From the NCBI GenBank assembly GCA_022708765.1, contig JAKIYB010000004.1, forward strand, positions 1 to 26,743: a stretch of 26,743 nucleotides of DNA, in the 5' to 3' direction. The notes under the pieces are model-generated. The model ran no database searches, was not told where the DNA came from, and was given only the letters and a program-made list of their open reading frames with translations. Positions 25,136 to 26,743 of this stretch are shown here, in pieces (position 1 is the stretch's first letter; every line of letters starts with the position of its first letter). Both the position numbers and the translations under genes were made by a program. This DNA comes from Armatimonadota bacterium. Lineage in GTDB: Bacteria; Armatimonadota; Hebobacteria; CAIYQO01.

Positions 25136-26743
25136 ATGCCGTACCGTATTGGAATTGACGTTGGCGGCACCTTCACCCATGCGGTGGCGGTGGATGCCGA
25201 GACGCTGCGGGTGACGTTTCAGGCGAAAGTGCCTACCACGCACCGCGCCGCTGAAGGTGTGGCGCTGGGCGTCACGCAAGCGCTGCGCGGCCTGCTGGAG
25301 GCGGGGGTGCGCCCTGGCGAGGTGATCTTCATCGCGCACTCTACCACCCAGGCCACCAACGCGCTGCTGGAGGGCGACGTAGCGCCGGTCGGCGTCATCG
25401 GCATGGCGCGCGGCGCCGACGCGCTGAAAGCGCGCAAAGACACCGAGATTGGCCGGTTGGAAGTGGCCCCCGGCCGCTTCCTGGAGACCGTCCACGCTTT
25501 CATCAACTCCGATGGCCTGACGGCGGAGGGTCTGCGCGCGGCGGTGGAGGAACTGCGCGGGCGCGGCGCCCAGGTCATCGTCGGCGCGGAAGCCTTCGGG
25601 GTGGACGACCCCACCAATGAGCGCGCGCTCCTCGATGTCTGCGCCGAGATGGGCATCCCCGCCACCGCCAGCCATGAAGTCTCCGGCCTCTACGGCCTGC
25701 GCATTCGCGCGCGTACCGCGGTCATCAACGCCAGCATTCTTCCGAAAATGGTGCAGACGGCGCAGATGACCGCGCGCGCGGTGACGGAGGCCGGCATCAG
25801 CGCGCCGCTGATGATCATGCGCAGCGACGGCGGGGTGATGAGTATTGACGAGATGCGTCGGCGGCCGATCCTCACCATTCTCTCAGGCCCCGCCGCCGGC
25901 GTCGCCGCCGCGCTGATGTATGCGAAAATCAGCGACGGCATCTTCGTCGAAGTGGGCGGCACCTCCAGCGATATCACCTGCATCCGCAACGGCCAGGCTG
26001 CCGTGCAAAGCGCCACCCTGGGCGGACACAAGCTCTTCCTGCGCACCCTCGACGTGCGCACCATCGGCCTCGCGGGCGGCAGCATGGTGCGCGTCAAAGA
26101 CGGCAAGGTCGTCGCCGTCGGCCCGCGCAGCGCCCACCTCGCCGGCCTCGCCTATAGCTGCTTCGCCAAAGAGCTTTCCCCCTCGCCCTCCGTGGGAGGG
26201 GGCCGGGAGGAGGATTCCGACGTTAGGCGCACTCCCCCTCTCCCTGTGGGGGAGGGGGCCGGGGAGTGGGGTTCGGCGTTAATCCAACCCCTCGCGAACG
26301 ATCCCGCCGATTACCTCGTCGCCGTCAACGGCGAGACGCGGCTCGCGCTCACCATGTCCTGCGCGGCCAACGCCGCCGGCTACGTGCCGGAGGGCGACTA
26401 CGCGCGCGGCGATGGAACGCTGGCGGCGCATGTGCTGGCCGAAGCGCTGCACGCTGAACCGGTCGCGGCGGCGGAGCAGGTGCTGACCAGCGGCTGCGCG
26501 CAGGCCGTCGGCACGGTCGAGACGCTGCTGCGCGACTACGGCGTCCCGCGCGAGCACGTCACCCTCATCGGGGGGGGCGGCGGCGCCGGCGCCGTGGTGC
26601 CCTACACGGGCACGATGATGGACCTGCCCTGGCGCATCGCCGAGAACGCGCCGGTCATCTCCGCCATCGGGGTGGCGCTGGCGCTGGTGCGCGACACCGT
26701 GGAGCGCACCATCCCCAACCCCTCCCGCGAGGATCTGCTGCGC
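25136..26743 (+). CDS. Hydantoinase/oxoprolinase-family protein, 3' end truncated by window edge
   Basis: Manual translation: MPYRIGIDVGGTFTHAVAVD, HSTTQATNALLEG, MRSDGG, LSGPAAG, EVGGTSSDI, DVRTIGLAGGS, GGGGGAG, SAIGVALA. Open to the window end, so absent from the ORF track. Confidence 0.92.
   Translation, partial: MPYRIGIDVGGTFTHAVAVDAETLRVTFQAKVPTTHRAAEGVALGVTQALRGLLEAGVRPGEVIFIAHSTTQATNALLEGDVAPVGVIGMARGADALKARKDTEIGRLEVAPGRFLETVHAFINSDGLTAEGLRAAVEELRGRGAQVIVGAEAFGVDDPTNERALLDVCAEMGIPATASHEVSGLYGLRIRARTAVINASILPKMVQTAQMTARAVTEAGISAPLMIMRSDGGVMSIDEMRRRPILTILSGPAAGVAAALMYAKISDGIFVEVGGTSSDITCIRNGQAAVQSATLGGHKLFLRTLDVRTIGLAGGSMVRVKDGKVVAVGPRSAHLAGLAYSCFAKELSPSPSVGGGREEDSDVRRTPPLPVGEGAGEWGSALIQPLANDPADYLVAVNGETRLALTMSCAANAAGYVPEGDYARGDGTLAAHVLAEALHAEPVAAAEQVLTSGCAQAVGTVETLLRDYGVPREHVTLIGGGGGAGAVVPYTGTMMDLPWRIAENAPVISAIGVALALVRDTVERTIPNPSREDLLR
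26178..26271 (+). repeat. Two tandem REP-like palindromes (copies 3 and 4) inside the hydantoinase-family CDS
   Basis: CCCCCTCGCCC-TCCGT-GGGAGGGGG-CCGGGAGGAGG and CCCCCTCTCCC-TGT-GGGGGAGGGGG-CCGGGGAGTGGGG. Same family and orientation as 15622-15661. Confidence 0.8.

Overview
High-GC bacterial chromosomal window that is mostly housekeeping. The gene content looks Terrabacteria-like; Armatimonadota is plausible but is inference only. In order: a partial AI-2E transporter, wecB, a TagO/WecA-type transferase and rpiB (all minus); an IS630 transposase remnant; a 1196-aa secreted modular protein with a probable GH66-like barrel; a zinc-dependent dehydrogenase; a DEAD-box helicase preceded by two small zinc-ribbon genes; a PaaI thioesterase coupled to a GT2; a DegP-like protease apparently lacking its PFGL (LD) loop; a small membrane protein; a ~1.37 kb repeat- and hairpin-rich non-coding tract; uvrA; topA; a compact TerY-P triad (vWA, PP2C, kinase); a ferritin-like protein; and a hydantoinase/oxoprolinase-family gene running off the right edge. 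The most unusual signals are: (1) two REP-like palindromes inserted in frame inside the hydantoinase-family gene, with sister copies in the intergenic tract; (2) a 155-bp MITE-like multi-hairpin element whose termini match the end of the IS630 remnant and also resemble rrn boxA; (3) a candidate cold-shock-like module of zinc-ribbon genes plus DEAD-box helicase with long 5' UTRs; (4) the LD-loop-less DegP; and (5) a palindromic operator upstream of the TerY-P promoter. All family calls come from motif recognition by eye; no searches were run.
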